The notes beneath the pieces are model-generated. The model ran no database searches, was not told where the DNA came from, and saw only the letters and a program-made list of their open reading frames with translations. A program made the position numbers and the translations under genes. Below are positions 38,939-52,182 of a stretch of DNA of 64,000 nt, in pieces (the stretch's first letter is position 1; every line of letters begins with the position of its first letter). This DNA comes from Azolla caroliniana (Eukaryota > Plantae > Polypodiophyta): assembly GCA_043228905.1 (NCBI GenBank), contig JBHGNT010000014.1, forward strand, positions 1,302,001-1,366,000. The letters are read 5' to 3'.

Positions 38939-40053
38939 TGTCGTGAAGATTTTCGGCAATAGTGTGAAAATCCCATAAAACGTACGAAATCGAGTATGAA
39001 TCACGTAGTATAATAATTGTGAAGATAACATTTTAAATAGATTTAATATCTAAGTACAAAATGATGGAGGTTTCAAATGCACTTTATTACACGAGAAACG
39101 GACAACTAAATGTCAAGATATGAGGGTATAAAGTTTGTAAAAGGAAAGGAGAAAATTGTGAGATATCCCACATAGACACGACAAATACAGCTCTCATCAT
39201 ATATAAGGTGGAGCAAAAGATATTATCTTTGTGTCTATGTGTGGAGCATAGAGAGTTCAAGGTAACTTGAACTGAGAGTGGAGGTGGGCTAGCTACTCGT
39301 AAAGGGTTTTGGCCAACCAAAACCGGACCGACGATGGAGCCGGTGATCCGACGGTATCCGGCGACGCACCGGTAACCGACGGCAACGGCATCCGACGAAC
39401 CGGCGTCCAGCGACTACGGCATCTGGCGACGCACCGGTAACCGACGACATTCGGCGACGGTATCCGGCGAACCGGCGTCCGGCGACTAGATAAATAAATA
39501 TATAAATATATATACATATTTACATATACAAGGAGGGCAAGTAAGGATTCGAACTTGCACCTCCAAGTTAGGAGTCAATTGGCTTACCATTAAGCCATGC
39601 TATTTAGTTGAAATTATATTTCTATCATTGTACTTTTACATATAAATTCTCATACATGAGAACTAAAATGAGTGACATGGTTATCATGCACCACATGTAA
39701 TACATAAGCGCCAAATGGCAAACATGCAATTTATGCATGTCTTGTACCCTCACATGCATCATATGCATGAGAGCATCTATAAAAGAGAGAAGGGGGAGGA
39801 GAAAAAAAGACGGTTTTTTTTATGAAAATTAAGAGGAAGAAATTCGTTATCAAATTGATCGTGTAACTTGTTTCTTAAATCTAAAGTTAAAAGTTCAATC
39901 AATCTCTCTCAATCGTGTAATCTCAACTTCTCTCTTTCCCAATCTATCTTAAGTACTTTCTCGCCAAAGCTTGTATCGACTCTAAATCCTTTTGGTCCAG
40001 AACCCCGGCGGTTCCACCTCACGATCCGCGCGTAGTGACAGATCTTCACGACA
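38939..40053 (+). mobile_element. Solo LTR, TGTCGTGAAG clade
   Basis: TGTCGTGAAGAT...ATCTTCACGACA termini, flanks GCGG/TCGG, homologous ends to 61947-62597, and GC-rich internal repeats at 39330-39490. Confidence 0.88.
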
Positions 40054-41988
40054 TCGGTCACTGACCAATCCTTTCCCGATCAATCGGAGGCTTGTCCAGT
40101 GCAATCCTCGCCACCGGACACTCGATCGCGAGTTGATTCACCACCAAAACCCCCGTCGAGCCCTCCGGAGGTCAATCAACCGGAACTAAACCCTTTTCCG
40201 GTGCTACCAGAAGACCCACAGTACAACACCATGACGTACCCATACCCACGATACACCGACGGAACAGACGCGGAGTCACACATCTGTGCCTTCATATCCA
40301 CGTGGCAGGCTAACCACTCCACACACCGCCTCACGCCGGCCCAAATCGATGCCTCGAAGATTGCCGAGTTCACACTCTCCCTCGATGGAGCGGCCGCACG
40401 ATGGTACTCTCACCTCGAAATAGGAGAGGCCACCACTTTCCAAATCGTGCGCACAAAGTTCCTTGAACTTTTTCATCGTGAGGTGCCTAAACGGGAACTG
40501 CTCCGGCAATTCTTCTCTATATGCCAGGAACCGCACGAAACGGTCGCGCAATTCATGATCCGGTTCCAGGATCTCTACAGACAAGTGGCCGATGATGTCT
40601 CGGCACAACATATACCGGACACGTTCCTATCCAGTTTATGAGAGCCTCTACAAACGACTCTCGCACTTACAAATTTCGCCAACCATACTATCGAACAAGT
40701 CATAGCCCGCGTTCTCGCCCTCGAGTGGAACCGGCACGGCACGGCCTTCTCGATGTCATCCTTGCAAAATGCTCTTCCCCAAGAGGACAATCGCTTTCAC
40801 CAAGCCCTCCAATGCACTGCGTGTTCAGGATTAGGGCACCTGGACCTCGAATGTCCCCACCGACCACAATGTCCGATCTGTCAGTCTCGAGCTCACACGG
40901 TCGAGCAGTGCGAATATAATATGCTGAACTGCACAACGGCGGCACCAGTCCACCAGATCGAGCCACGAATTACATACTCTCGACAGGACGAGCGATATAT
41001 CTACCGAGACCAGGATAACGACCAACCGCGATCCCCGGATCGACGGCGCTGAGACGACGACTACCGACGTGATAACCACCGTGATCATTATCGCGATGAC
41101 CGGCACGACGATCATGCCCGATATGATGACGATCGCGATGACCGGTATGACCGACAGAACTTACGCATTGATCGGCGAAACGGCAACCGCAACACACTCA
41201 ACAATAGAAGACCTAATGACAACCGTCGACGGGACGCTCCTCAAAATGACCAGCGCAACTCCAACGCACCTCGCAACAACCCACCACCAAACGAGACCGA
41301 GAATCAACAACAACAACGTCCACACACAGACTGAGAGGACACCAGCAGCTCGGCCAACATGACATGTTTTAAATGTAATCAACCAGGCCACTACACCACG
41401 CAATGTCCGACAACCAACCGTGTCAAGGCACCCATGGTGAACAGTATCATGGCCGATGTTCAAACGGTGTCCTACCCGGAGTAAAGCGCAGACTACTCAC
41501 TGGAAAATCCAGGATGAAGTATGTCAGGCAGCAAAAGAATGGATCGACACGGCCAATAAAAATAATGTTGTACGCATGCAAACTGAGATGAGAGAAGGGC
41601 CCAGTGAAGTACCACAAACCTTGGCACCATCCATGTCGTCGGAGGACGACCAGCTATGGGATGTTCTTACCAACTCCCGCATCTCGCTGCCCTTACATAA
41701 ACTGCTACCACTCATGCCGAGATTTCGGGATACCCTGGCGGCACTCCAAGCGAATACTAACCTCGTGACGCCACCGATACACCTCACCGAAGCAGGAACC
41801 GGTCCACCACTCATGGATTCTCAGAACCCAGCCGTGCGAATCATCATTAAGGGACAAGACCTGCACGGATGCATCATCGATGGCGGATCCGGCGTAAACA
41901 TTATTAGGGAGTCGACGTGTCTCAACCTCGGCTTGAATCAATGGGAACCATGCCCATTTTGGCTTCGGATGGACGACACCCGCTCCGT

Positions 41989-42059
41989 TGTCGAGGTATT
42001 CCTCGCGGATGCGTGGAGCGAGGCGGGACCTCGGGGGTCCTGTACCGAAGAGTAGGAGA

Positions 42060-42103
<44 letters not shown>

Positions 42104-45100
42104 ACGTGCGAGCGTAGATTCACTGGGACACGACCCTTCGACGCAAAGACGCGATTGGGACAGCGACACAGAAAGACACGAAAGTATGTATGTATTGACA
42201 AGACAAACGACAAGAACACGAAGACAACAAAACACGAAGTCGGTTACAACCGAACAGGCCGGCGGACAGATGCCGATACCTGTTCGTGAACACACAGAAA
42301 GGCAGGAATAGGTTGGAGGTGCTGCCGGAAGCGCACTCGGGCATTCCTCGGAGCAGCGCGAGCCTCCCAAAACCTGCACAGAAGGAAGCTATGGAGTCTG
42401 CGAACCAGAGAGAGAGAGAGAGAGAAGCCTTCGCGCCCAATCCGACAGCACTTCGTCCTCGACTCTCCGCGATCCCTCTACCCTCCTCGTCTCCTTCCTT
42501 TTATAGGCAAGGAAGGAGCCGTTTCCCCTTTACTCCCTACCTACCGAATCTACATAGGATCTCCTATGTACAACTTAAGGCGCACGTGCATGTCCGCGCT
42601 CCACCTTTCCATTCGCCTCCGGATTGTACGCAGTGGTAAGCGAGAGCTTGACTCCTAGCCGGTCGAACAGCTCCTCGGCCTCTTCGGCGTCCAACTCCCC
42701 GCAATCAGCCACGATCTTCCCGACGCACCCGTACCGGCATATTACGTCCTCGAGCAGGAACCGACATACGGCCGCAGTCGTTTTGTTCTGAAGGGCCCGG
42801 CCTTCCACCTGGTTCGTTAGATCTTCCCGAGCCAGGACCAGATACCGCATCTGTCCTACTCCTATCGGCATCGTTACCAGGTCTACCATCCATTTGAAGT
42901 GGATGGTCGGAGGGTAGGTAGGGTGAAGTTCGTCCCTGTGTCGGACTATGGAGTGCATCTGACAGCTCTCGCAAGTTGTCACGAATCGATGCACGTCCCG
43001 GTACAGTCCCGGCCACCAGTACTTCCCCTTTATCTTTTCGAACGTGGCCCAGGTTCCACGGTGTCCAGCCCAAGGGCTGTCGTGGTAGGCCGTCAGTAGC
43101 TCCTCCTGTTCATCCTTCATCGCCACCACCCGGAGCGGAGCGCCGTCCCTCTTCTTCGGGTGCTTCCATAAGTATCCGTCCCGGAGAAAGAATCGGTAAG
43201 CTTTCTTCCGGATCCGGTTGGCCTCGTCCTTCGTCCATGACGCATCCGGCGTCATTGTCCTCAAGAATCCACCGATCTGGAGCCACTGGCCGTCGTACTT
43301 GCTCTTGTCGAAGTCGTTAAGTGCCGGAGTGCTCGTCCCATCGGTCGTCACGTACGCCGCCTCGAAGAAGTCCACGCCGACTTCTTCGTCCTCCGAAACC
43401 ATGCCGCCCTCGTCATCAAACCTCGCCCTTGAAAGCATGTCGGACATGGCGTTGTCCTTTCCAGAAATGTGTCGTATCTCCGGGTCCAGGGACTTGATGT
43501 ACGCTATCCACCTGAGCATCGCCAGGTCCAGTGTCGCGCATCCGGAAATCATGCCGAGAATTGGCAGGCAATCCGTCTCAATAATCAGTTCCGTCCCAAT
43601 CAGGTAGTCTTTGTCGGCCTTTACTGCCGAAACGATACCCCAGAGTTCGTGTTTAACCTGGGCGTACCCTCGCTGTCTCTCACTGAGGACCTTTGCGCCG
43701 AATCGGATCGGGAACCGAATGCCGTCCTCGTCTTCTTGGTTGACGACCCATCTGATCCCGGTCGGACTCGTATCCACCGTTATGTATACCGGGGTACCCT
43801 TCTCGTAGACAGCCTTCCGGAGCGCCGGAGCTGCCGCAAGAGCTTCCTTCAGCTTCCGGACCGACCCCGTGTGCTCGTCTCGCCACTCGAATCTTTGCCC
43901 CTTCTTCAGCAACCCGTATAGCGGCTCCGCAACGTGGGCTTAATGCGGGATCGATACGTGGTAGAATGCGCATGCCCCCAGGAACCTCCGAACTTCCGTA
44001 ACCGAGCTACAGTTGGTCTTCATCGCGGAGATGGCTTCTACCTTTGCCGGAGACGGCTTCCGGCCATATGGCCCACATAGGTGTCCGACTACCAGGATTT
44101 CCGATTGCCCGAAGGCCGATTTCTCCCCGGAGAAGGTGAGCCTCGCATCCTCTAGCCTTTGTAGCACCTTCTCGCAGTCGTCGATGTGTGTTGCTACGAA
44201 TCGCCGGCATCCGTCCGGCCCGAGTGTCTCGTCCTTCTCTTCCACCGGGCACCCCTTTATCGGGATGTCGTCCAGAAATGGCATGGTGATGTCGGGGATG
44301 CAACCCCTCAGTACCTTGTTCATTGCATTCACCATGTGGGCCACCGAGTTGGTCCCTCCCTGTGGCAGGGTACACATTCGCACTAGGCCAAGGGGAGTTC
44401 GCATCGTCGTAATGTCTCTGCTCTCCACGGCTAGCTGGAACTGGTCGTACCCTGAGTACAGATCACCGACCGAGTAAATCAACCTTCCGGCAAAGGCCTC
44501 CGCGAACTCGTCTATGGTCGGTCCGATCCCTGCGTTCCGAATGGTCACTCTGTTGACCGGCTGCAGGTCTTGAATGAAGCGCAACGTTCCGTTTTTCTTC
44601 GGTATGGTAAACCATCGGTTCGAGTATGGGGCACTCGACGGTTCGAGAATGCCCATATCTACTTTCTGCCTCAATAGCTCCATCAACTTCGGGATGTGAG
44701 CTCTCGGTACCGGAATCGGCTTGAGATTCCACGGCACATGCGGTACCGTGAATATCACCATTGGCTCCACGATCGTCGGGTCTACGCACCCGATCTCTTC
44801 CGGTGAGAATGCGAAGGCTTTCCCGTGCCTTCCGAGCATCCTCCGAAACCGGTTTTCCTCCGCCGGCAGTAGGAACCCACCCCCACCGATTTTGAGCTCC
44901 CGGAGCATCCCGTCGGTGAAGGTGTGTCCTATGCAGGCCGGCTCTCGTAAACTGGGGTCCGACGCAACCCCTCTGATCCGGGACTCGCTGCCCTCCGGTA
45001 AGGGTGCCGCGACTGGCCTTACCTTCCGGTCCACAGTCTTGTACTTTGTGCTAACTCGGGTCGTCCGACCCGACCCGAGCCCCCGACTGAAGTTCGCGAT

Positions 45101-47658
45101 GACTCCGTACATCTCTTCGGAACATACCGGTATCGTCCGGTCTTCGTTAAGGTCTTCTCCGGCAACCTTCCTCAGCATCCCTAAGGTGTCGTCGAAGGAG
45201 ACCGCCTCCACGGCTCCGCTAATTTCCTCGTCCGGGCCAAGAACTCCGCACGCTCGAAGTCGCTCTTCCGCCCTTGTCTTTTTTCGGCCAACGATGCCGA
45301 CCATCATACACCCTCCGTTGTCGGAGAAGCAAAACCTCCTGCCTATCGTACAATCGTGGGGTCTTTCCCGAGTGTCCGGACTGTCTCGGCCCCACGCCTT
45401 GGCAACCCTCTCTAAAAATCCTCCCGGTTCTCGCCACCGAGGGACTCGCGGTTTCTCTCGTGGTTCGGCCGCAACGTCAAAAATTGCACTGAATGGCGCC
45501 CGTCCTGGCTTTTGACCCTCGCGTAGGCCGATCCGTTGTCCAGCACCTTGGTCTCCATTCTCGCCGCCGTGATGTATGGTTCCCCCAATATGACCGGATG
45601 CGAGGACGTCTCCTATACGAAGAAGTGCTGGTCAATCTCGACATCGCCGATCTTTACTCGCACATTCGGGCAGGCCCCGTGCAGTTCCTCGGTGGCGCGC
45701 GTTGCCGCCCGTATCTTCCACCCGTGCTTGGTGTTGATCGGCCACTTCCCCTTTTTATAGAAGTCCATGGACATTAGGTTTATTTCCGAACCGTGGTCCA
45801 CCAACGCCACCACCGGTTCCTTAACATCTCGGATCTTTACCGGGGTCTCCGTGGTCGCTCGGGCCCAGTGTGGCCTCGAATAGTGGCTCTCTGCCCACTC
45901 ATCTTCCAGCGCCGAGTCGTCGATGTGCGTCGTCCGCACCTCCACCGGTCTTTCCGGTTCCGTCTCCGTCGACAGTCTCTTCCGTTTCACCAAGTCTACA
46001 ATGGAGTCGTGGAACTCCTTCTTGGCGATCCCTAGCACCTCCCGTAATGACAGCTCCACTTTGCTGTCGAGGATCCGTTCTTCTAGGACCTTTCGTAGGT
46101 CCGTAATCTTTTCTATTTCTGTCCCCAGTCGGTATCCGCCCTTCCTGGGGTTGTCTTGCGAGCTGGACCCGCCGGCATCGTTCCGTCGTTGCCCGAATCG
46201 GGTCTCGTACCGTTGTGAGGGCCCGGCCGCTCCAGCTTTCCCCACTCGCTTGTCTTCTACCAGAGCCTCGTAGTTCCGGCAAGCGGCTTCTACGAAGCCC
46301 GTCTTCTCCTCGACCGGATCGCTCCACCCGGTTATTTCCCGGACCCGTCTCTCAGCTCGGTCTGTTTCATCTTTCCTCAGCCGCGCGCCGGCGAGGCCTT
46401 CCAACATTGCCGACCAGAAACCGTCTTTACTCTCCTTTCGGGCCTCGCTGCCCCCGACCTGAATACCGGTTGACGCCGAGTAGTGGATGGCCTCCACGTG
46501 TCGGGCCGCTGCCTCCTCCATCAGTCTCTTCATACCTCCTCGCCCGTCGTTTCGGCTCAGGGCCCTCCTGGTGTCGCCAGCGTGCACCCGGCCTTCCCAC
46601 AGGTACACCACCCGGTTTCTCAACGCCTCTGCGAAATCGCCGCAGTCCTTCCGAATGTGGCCGACCTCATCGCACCACATGCACCTGTTCCCCGCTGCCG
46701 GCCGTCGGTCACGAGCTGGTTCGCCGCCTTCCCTTCGAGTTTGGGCGATCTGGAGATCCTTTATCGCCCGCGTCAACTCCTCTAGCGCTGCTCCTCCGGA
46801 CGAGCCATTGACCATGCTGGTCGAAGCCGGACCGGTTTCGAGCCATTCCCGGGTTTCTTCCCTTCGCACTTGCGGCGCCGGTTCAAGCCTCCTTGCTGTA
46901 ACAGAGCCCGCACCAGCCGCCCCGTTGTCAGCCCATTCTCGCCGTTTGTCGAAACGGCCACAAACTCTCTTAACCGCAGCCCAGTCGGTCATCAACCCGT
47001 CTTCGGTTTCCAGCAAGGAGCCGACTTGATCCCGGTCCCGCTCGTCCACCGACTTGATGAACAGTAGGACCCGGCTCGTATCCAGGATAGTTCGGTCAAG
47101 CGCCGAAAGGCGCGCAAAGCGTTCTTCGAACTCCCGGAGGAGTGCCGACGCGTTTCTTCCTTTGCCGGGGGACTCCACCCATTCCATGAAGTCCCGTTTC
47201 GAAAGCCGGAGTGCGTCGTCCAGCCCATATTTCTCTAGGAGTCGGCCTTCGAACTCCTCCCAGGTACGGCTCTCCGCCCGTACCTCGAGCACCTCCGCAT
47301 GGATGCTCGACATCGCCACTCGAGGGAACCCGGCAAGATGCCTCTCTTCCGGAATGTCCCGCATCAGCATTTCCGCCCCGTAGGACGCCAAATACTTCGT
47401 AGCATCCTTTCCGCTGAAACGGCCGATCGTACCGACAACCGCCTCAATGGCTCTGTCGAGGGCGCCAGTGCCCTCGCGTGTGCTCAATATCCGATCCACG
47501 GCTGAAGCCATGGCCTCTGCAAGATCCGACCCCCTCATCTTTTGCTCTTCTGCCGCCTCCTTCACGTCGGGTTCACCAAATGTCGAGGTATTCCTCGCGG
47601 ATGCGTGGAGCGAGGCAGGACCTCGGGGGTCCTGTACCGAAGAGTAGGAGAGAGGGAG

Positions 47659-47693
<35 letters not shown>

Positions 47694-48241
47694 ACGTGCG
47701 AGCGTAGATTCACTGGGACACGACCCTTCGACGCAAAGACGCGATTGGGACAGCGACACAGAAAGACACGAAAGTATGTATGTATTGACAAGACAAACGA
47801 CAAGAACACGAAGACAACAAAACACGAAGTCGGTTACAACCGAACAGGCCGGCGGACAGATGCCGATACCTGTTCGTGAACACACAGAAAGGCAGGAACA
47901 GGTTGGAGGTGCTGCCGGAAGCACTCGGGCATTCCTCGGAGCAGCGCGAGCCTCCCAAAACCTGCACAGAAGGAAGCTATGGAGTCTGCGAACCAGAGAG
48001 AGAGAGAGAGAGAAGCCTTCGCGCCCAATCCGACAGCACTTCGTCCTCGACTCTCCGCGATCCCTCTACCCTCCTCGTCTCCTTCCTTTTATAGGCAAGG
48101 AAGGAGCCGTTTCCCCTTTACTCCCTACCTACCGAATCTACATAGGATCTCCTATGTACAACTTAAGGCGCACGTGCATGAAGAGTCGTTTTCTACGCTC
48201 CGGTACACCGATTCCGCTTGTGGACGGTTTTCTTCACGACA
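41989..48241 (-). mobile_element. tRNA-Trp-primed Ty3/gypsy element T1 (recent; 3' end of IN, PPT and part of the 3' LTR deleted)
   Basis: Near-identical LTRs 47581-48241 and 41989-42592 (partial), PBS TGGTGAACCCGACGTGAA, 4-bp TSD CCGT. gag-PR 45613-47565, RT 43940-45307 (PFLDD), RH-IN 42575-43912. Confidence 0.95.
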
Positions 48242-49215
48242 CCGTTCGCCCCATTGGTTTAATCCGCCATCTTGACTTCACACTCGGAGGCCACATGTTC
48301 ACGATCTCGGCCATCGTGCTAAGACTAGAGACCCAAGGCGCCTACCCAATGTTACTAGGTCGACCATGGTTGCGTACAACGAATATCAAGCAACATTGGC
48401 AACGCAACATGATCTCGTTCCGAAGAGGAAAAACAAAAGTCCGAATCATCACTGAAGAACGAGTCCCTGTCGCCCTCAACACTTCGCCGTTATACGCGGA
48501 AGGGGTCCATATGCTCGACGGGTTGACCGATGAGGAGGTCAATGACTTCCTAGATGATCATCCCACGATCATCCCTCTCTTCGAAATGAATGCCTTACCA
48601 ACCATCGAGCCATCTAAACACGAGGAAGTCACGGAGGAGTCACCACCCCAGGAGGAACAGGCATGCCAATAATCTACCAACCGGAGAACAGGCATGCCTC
48701 GTAAAATTACTCACCGACTACCAGGATGTTTTCGCTTGGTCTTACACCGATATGAAGGGGCTGGATCCTCAATACTACCAACATCAAATTCACATCTTAC
48801 CCGACACTCGACCGGTTCAACAGAGGCGCTACAGGATGAACCCCAACTACGCCGCTAAAGTCAAAGAGGAAATTGACAAATTACTCCGAGTGGGCTTCAT
48901 TCGCCCAGTTAAACGGGCTACATGGTTGAGCCCGATCGTAGTGGTCCCAAAGAAGAACAGAAAAATCCGCGTCTGTGTCGACTATCGGAAGCTTAACGCG
49001 GCAACAGTCACCGACGGTTTCCCTCTCCCATTCACGGATAGCGTCCTCGACACGGTAGCCGGCCACGAATGCTACAGTTTCCTCGACGGATCAGGAGAAA
49101 ACCACTTTCGTCATGGAATGGGGTGTTTTTGTAGCAGAAGTTATGATGTTCGGTCTAAAAACGGCGTCGGCTACGTTCCAGCGCATCATCACCGAAATCT
49201 TTCATGACTACATCC

Positions 49216-49608
49216 TGTCAGAACCAAGGATAAAAGATAGAGTGATGGAAGAAGGATAGAGAAGAATGGATGTATAAGATAGAGAAAGAAAGAGAATGGA
49301 TACAAGATATGTAATGAGAGCTAAAGACTGGTGTTGATTCGAATTGATTTGAGAATACATGTATGCGCTTATTTATAGGTTCCTATAGAATAGCTTAGAG
49401 ATTTCTAGAATGTTCTAGAATGCTCTAGGACATTCTAGAACATTCTAGAATAATCTAGAGTTTTTACAATAATCAATGTAATACAAGAAGTAGCTTTTAT
49501 TGTTTCATATAACAATAAGCTATCTTAATGGTTGAGGTTTTCAAGTATGAATTACAAGGTTCGAGGTTCAAGTCCGGATGACGCCATAATGGTCATGTGT
49601 TCATGAAA
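49216..49608. mobile_element. Solo LTR inserted in the G2 RT
   Basis: TGTCA...TGAAA ends and TSD CATCC. Removal restores DYIPEFMQVFLDD. Confidence 0.85.
49402..49460. promoter_or_regulatory. Heat-shock-element-like array
   Basis: TTCTAGAA-type units with a 10-bp period, including perfect TTCtaGAAtgTTCtaGAA and TTCtaGAAcaTTCtaGAA. Confidence 0.6.
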
Positions 49609-52182
49609 CATCCCGGAGTTCATGCAAGTCTTTCTCGACGATTTCGCCGTGTATTGCAATCGACGGGAACACATGACCCAGTTACGACTCTGCCTAGACC
49701 GATGTCGCCAAGCTCGATTGAGTTTAAACCCGGCAAAATGCGCGTTCTTAGTCACCAACGGCAACCTTCTCGACCACATTGTCAGTCAAGAAGGCATCGC
49801 TATGGACCCGGATAAAGTAACGACAATCCTGAATGCCACCACACCCGCGAACGCTAAGGCACTAAGCCGATTTTTGGGACAGATTCGGTGGCATAGCCGA
49901 ATGATACGACACCTGGCCGATTTCGCGACACCTTTTCACGCGGAAGTCCATCGCATTCCTTTTCAATGGACGTCAATCGAGGACACCGCCTATCAGACCC
50001 TGAAACGAATGTTGTCACATGCCCCGGTGGTCCAGTCCCCAGTTTGGTCCAAACCATTTCATGTCTTCGTAGATGCTTCAGACATCGCCATCGGAAGTGC
50101 CCTGATGCAATGCACACCCCCGAATTGGTATAGGCCCATGTACTACGCCAGCCGACGGCTCTCGACCGCGGAAAAGAATTACTCCACCACCGAGCGGGAG
50201 GCCCTCGGTATGATTCATAGCATCAATAAATTTCGGCATTACCTCTTGGGCAGAAAATTTGCCTTTCACGTGGATCACTCGGCCCTTCTTTATTTGGTCA
50301 ATAAACAAGTCCTCACCGGACGGTTGGCTTAGTGGATGCTCCTACTACAAGAGTTTGATTTCCAGATTCAGCATCGACCCGGGGTACAACATGCTGTCGC
50401 CGACTACTTGAGCCGTCTTGAGTCAGGAGAACCGGCGAAAACAACGTACGACGAGCTACCGGACGCCAGCCTATTTAACCTGACCACGATACCAAACGAT
50501 AACGGAGATGAATGGATCACGGAGATGACCCATTTTCTCACTACCGGTGTACCTCCTGAGCACATGACCCTTGACACGAGAAAACGCCTAGCAGTGGCCG
50601 GAATTTTTGCCTCGTCTCAGACATTCTCTACCACAAAGGCTTGGACGGCATATGGCGTCGTGCGATTCGGCAATTCGAGAAGAACGTCGTTCTTCAGGAA
50701 GCCCACCAGGGAGTAGCTGGGGGGCACTACGCCGGGGATTCCACAACAAGGAAAGTTTGGCAAAGTGGATTGTGGTGGCCGACAACGAAGAAAGACGCTC
50801 ACAAGTTTTGCCGGCAGTGCGATTTGTGTCAATGACTGGGGCAACCAATGGAACAGTCATGGATGCCACACCAGCCAATTCTTCCGTTGGACCCATTTCA
50901 AAAATGGGGTTTGGATTTTGTAGGCCCTTTCAAACCACCCGCGGCCCGAACAGGGAATAGGTATATTATCGTTGCCACTGATTACTGCACCAAATGGGTC
51001 GAGGCTAAGGCACTCCGAGATAACACGACGGCATCCACGGCTAAATTCGTGTACGAGCACCTCTGGTGCCATTACGAATGCCCAATCGAGCTCGTTAGTG
51101 ATCAAGGTGGGCACTTCATCAATCATATAATACGTGAGCTCACACACCACTACGCGGTGGTGCACAAGAAAAACACACCATACTACCCGCAAGCGAATGG
51201 CTTGGCGGAATCGACCAATAAAATCCTCCAAACCATACTGAAGAAGATCGTCAATGAACACAGGACCGATTGGGATGACAAACTCCAGAGCGCGCTGTGG
51301 GCGTATCGTACGACTTTCAAAACAAGCATCCAATCCACCCCCTTTCGAATGGCGTTCGGGTTAGACGCCGTAATGCCCGTCGAGTTCCAAGTCCCGAGCC
51401 TTCGAGTTCAAGTCAAAGCACGGCTCCCCGAGGCCCAATCCGAGCAATACCGGCTGGAACAACTCCTCGAACTCGGCGAAGATAGGATAGAGAGTATGAC
51501 CCAACTCGAACAACGCCAACAACAACGCAAGGTTTTCGTGGATCGACATCGACACGGGCTGGAGAAGGAGCTCACCATCGGCAAACCAGTTCTCCTTTTT
51601 CAAACACGACTCGGGTCAATGCCGGGAAAATTAAGATTTCGGTGTACCGGTCCATTCTGGATTATCGACGAGGTCAACGGGACGTTCCAGCTCGGCACAC
51701 TCGCGTCACTGTCAAAAGTTGGGCCAACGGTTTCTGACTTCGACCATATCGAGGGACTACACCACCCAACCCGTTTACCGAGCCACACACGGCACAAACG
51801 AGTTTCGGGAGACCACCACGGAGGACGCCACGTGTCCCCCTGAATAAGGACTCACCCACCTTCTTGAAATTAATAAAAGTAGTAGTAGGTAGGATTAACC
51901 ATAGTTTAGCCACTGATTAGCTACACCTACACCAACCACCTAGGCACCCACAATTTTAGGAGCACCCCACTCACCTTCAGGACACGTGGTGCTAGTCACT
52001 TATTATGGCACCCACGACTTAGAATCTTCAGGATTCGCTTCAGGCACAAAACCCTAGGAGTAAGTTACTAAAACCGTTTCCAAAACACAACACAGACACA
52101 GAAGTTCATTATCGCTCCCCATCTCCATCGCTCTCAAGCTCAGAAACCCCGTCCCGCTTTCGGGGAGATTGCTCGTATATTA

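Larger units (their letters stand above)
40099..51843 (+). pseudogene. G2 gag-pol, split by insertions at 41989-48241 and 49216-49608
   Basis: gag 40099-41420, protease near 41870 resuming at 48246 (DTRSV|RPIG), RT 48660-49900, RH 50060-50420 and IN 50641-51843, with stops and frameshifts. Confidence 0.9.

Noticed and set aside
39535-39600. Functional tRNA-Arg gene
   Set aside because: No acceptor stem and weak anticodon and T stems. Kept only as a tRNA-like module.
42059-42101. (GA)n tracts giving ERERER ORFs
   Set aside because: LTR microsatellite, not protein coding.
47542-48672. 376-aa plus-strand ORF
   Set aside because: Chance fusion of antisense T1 LTR sequence with the resumed G2 protease region.
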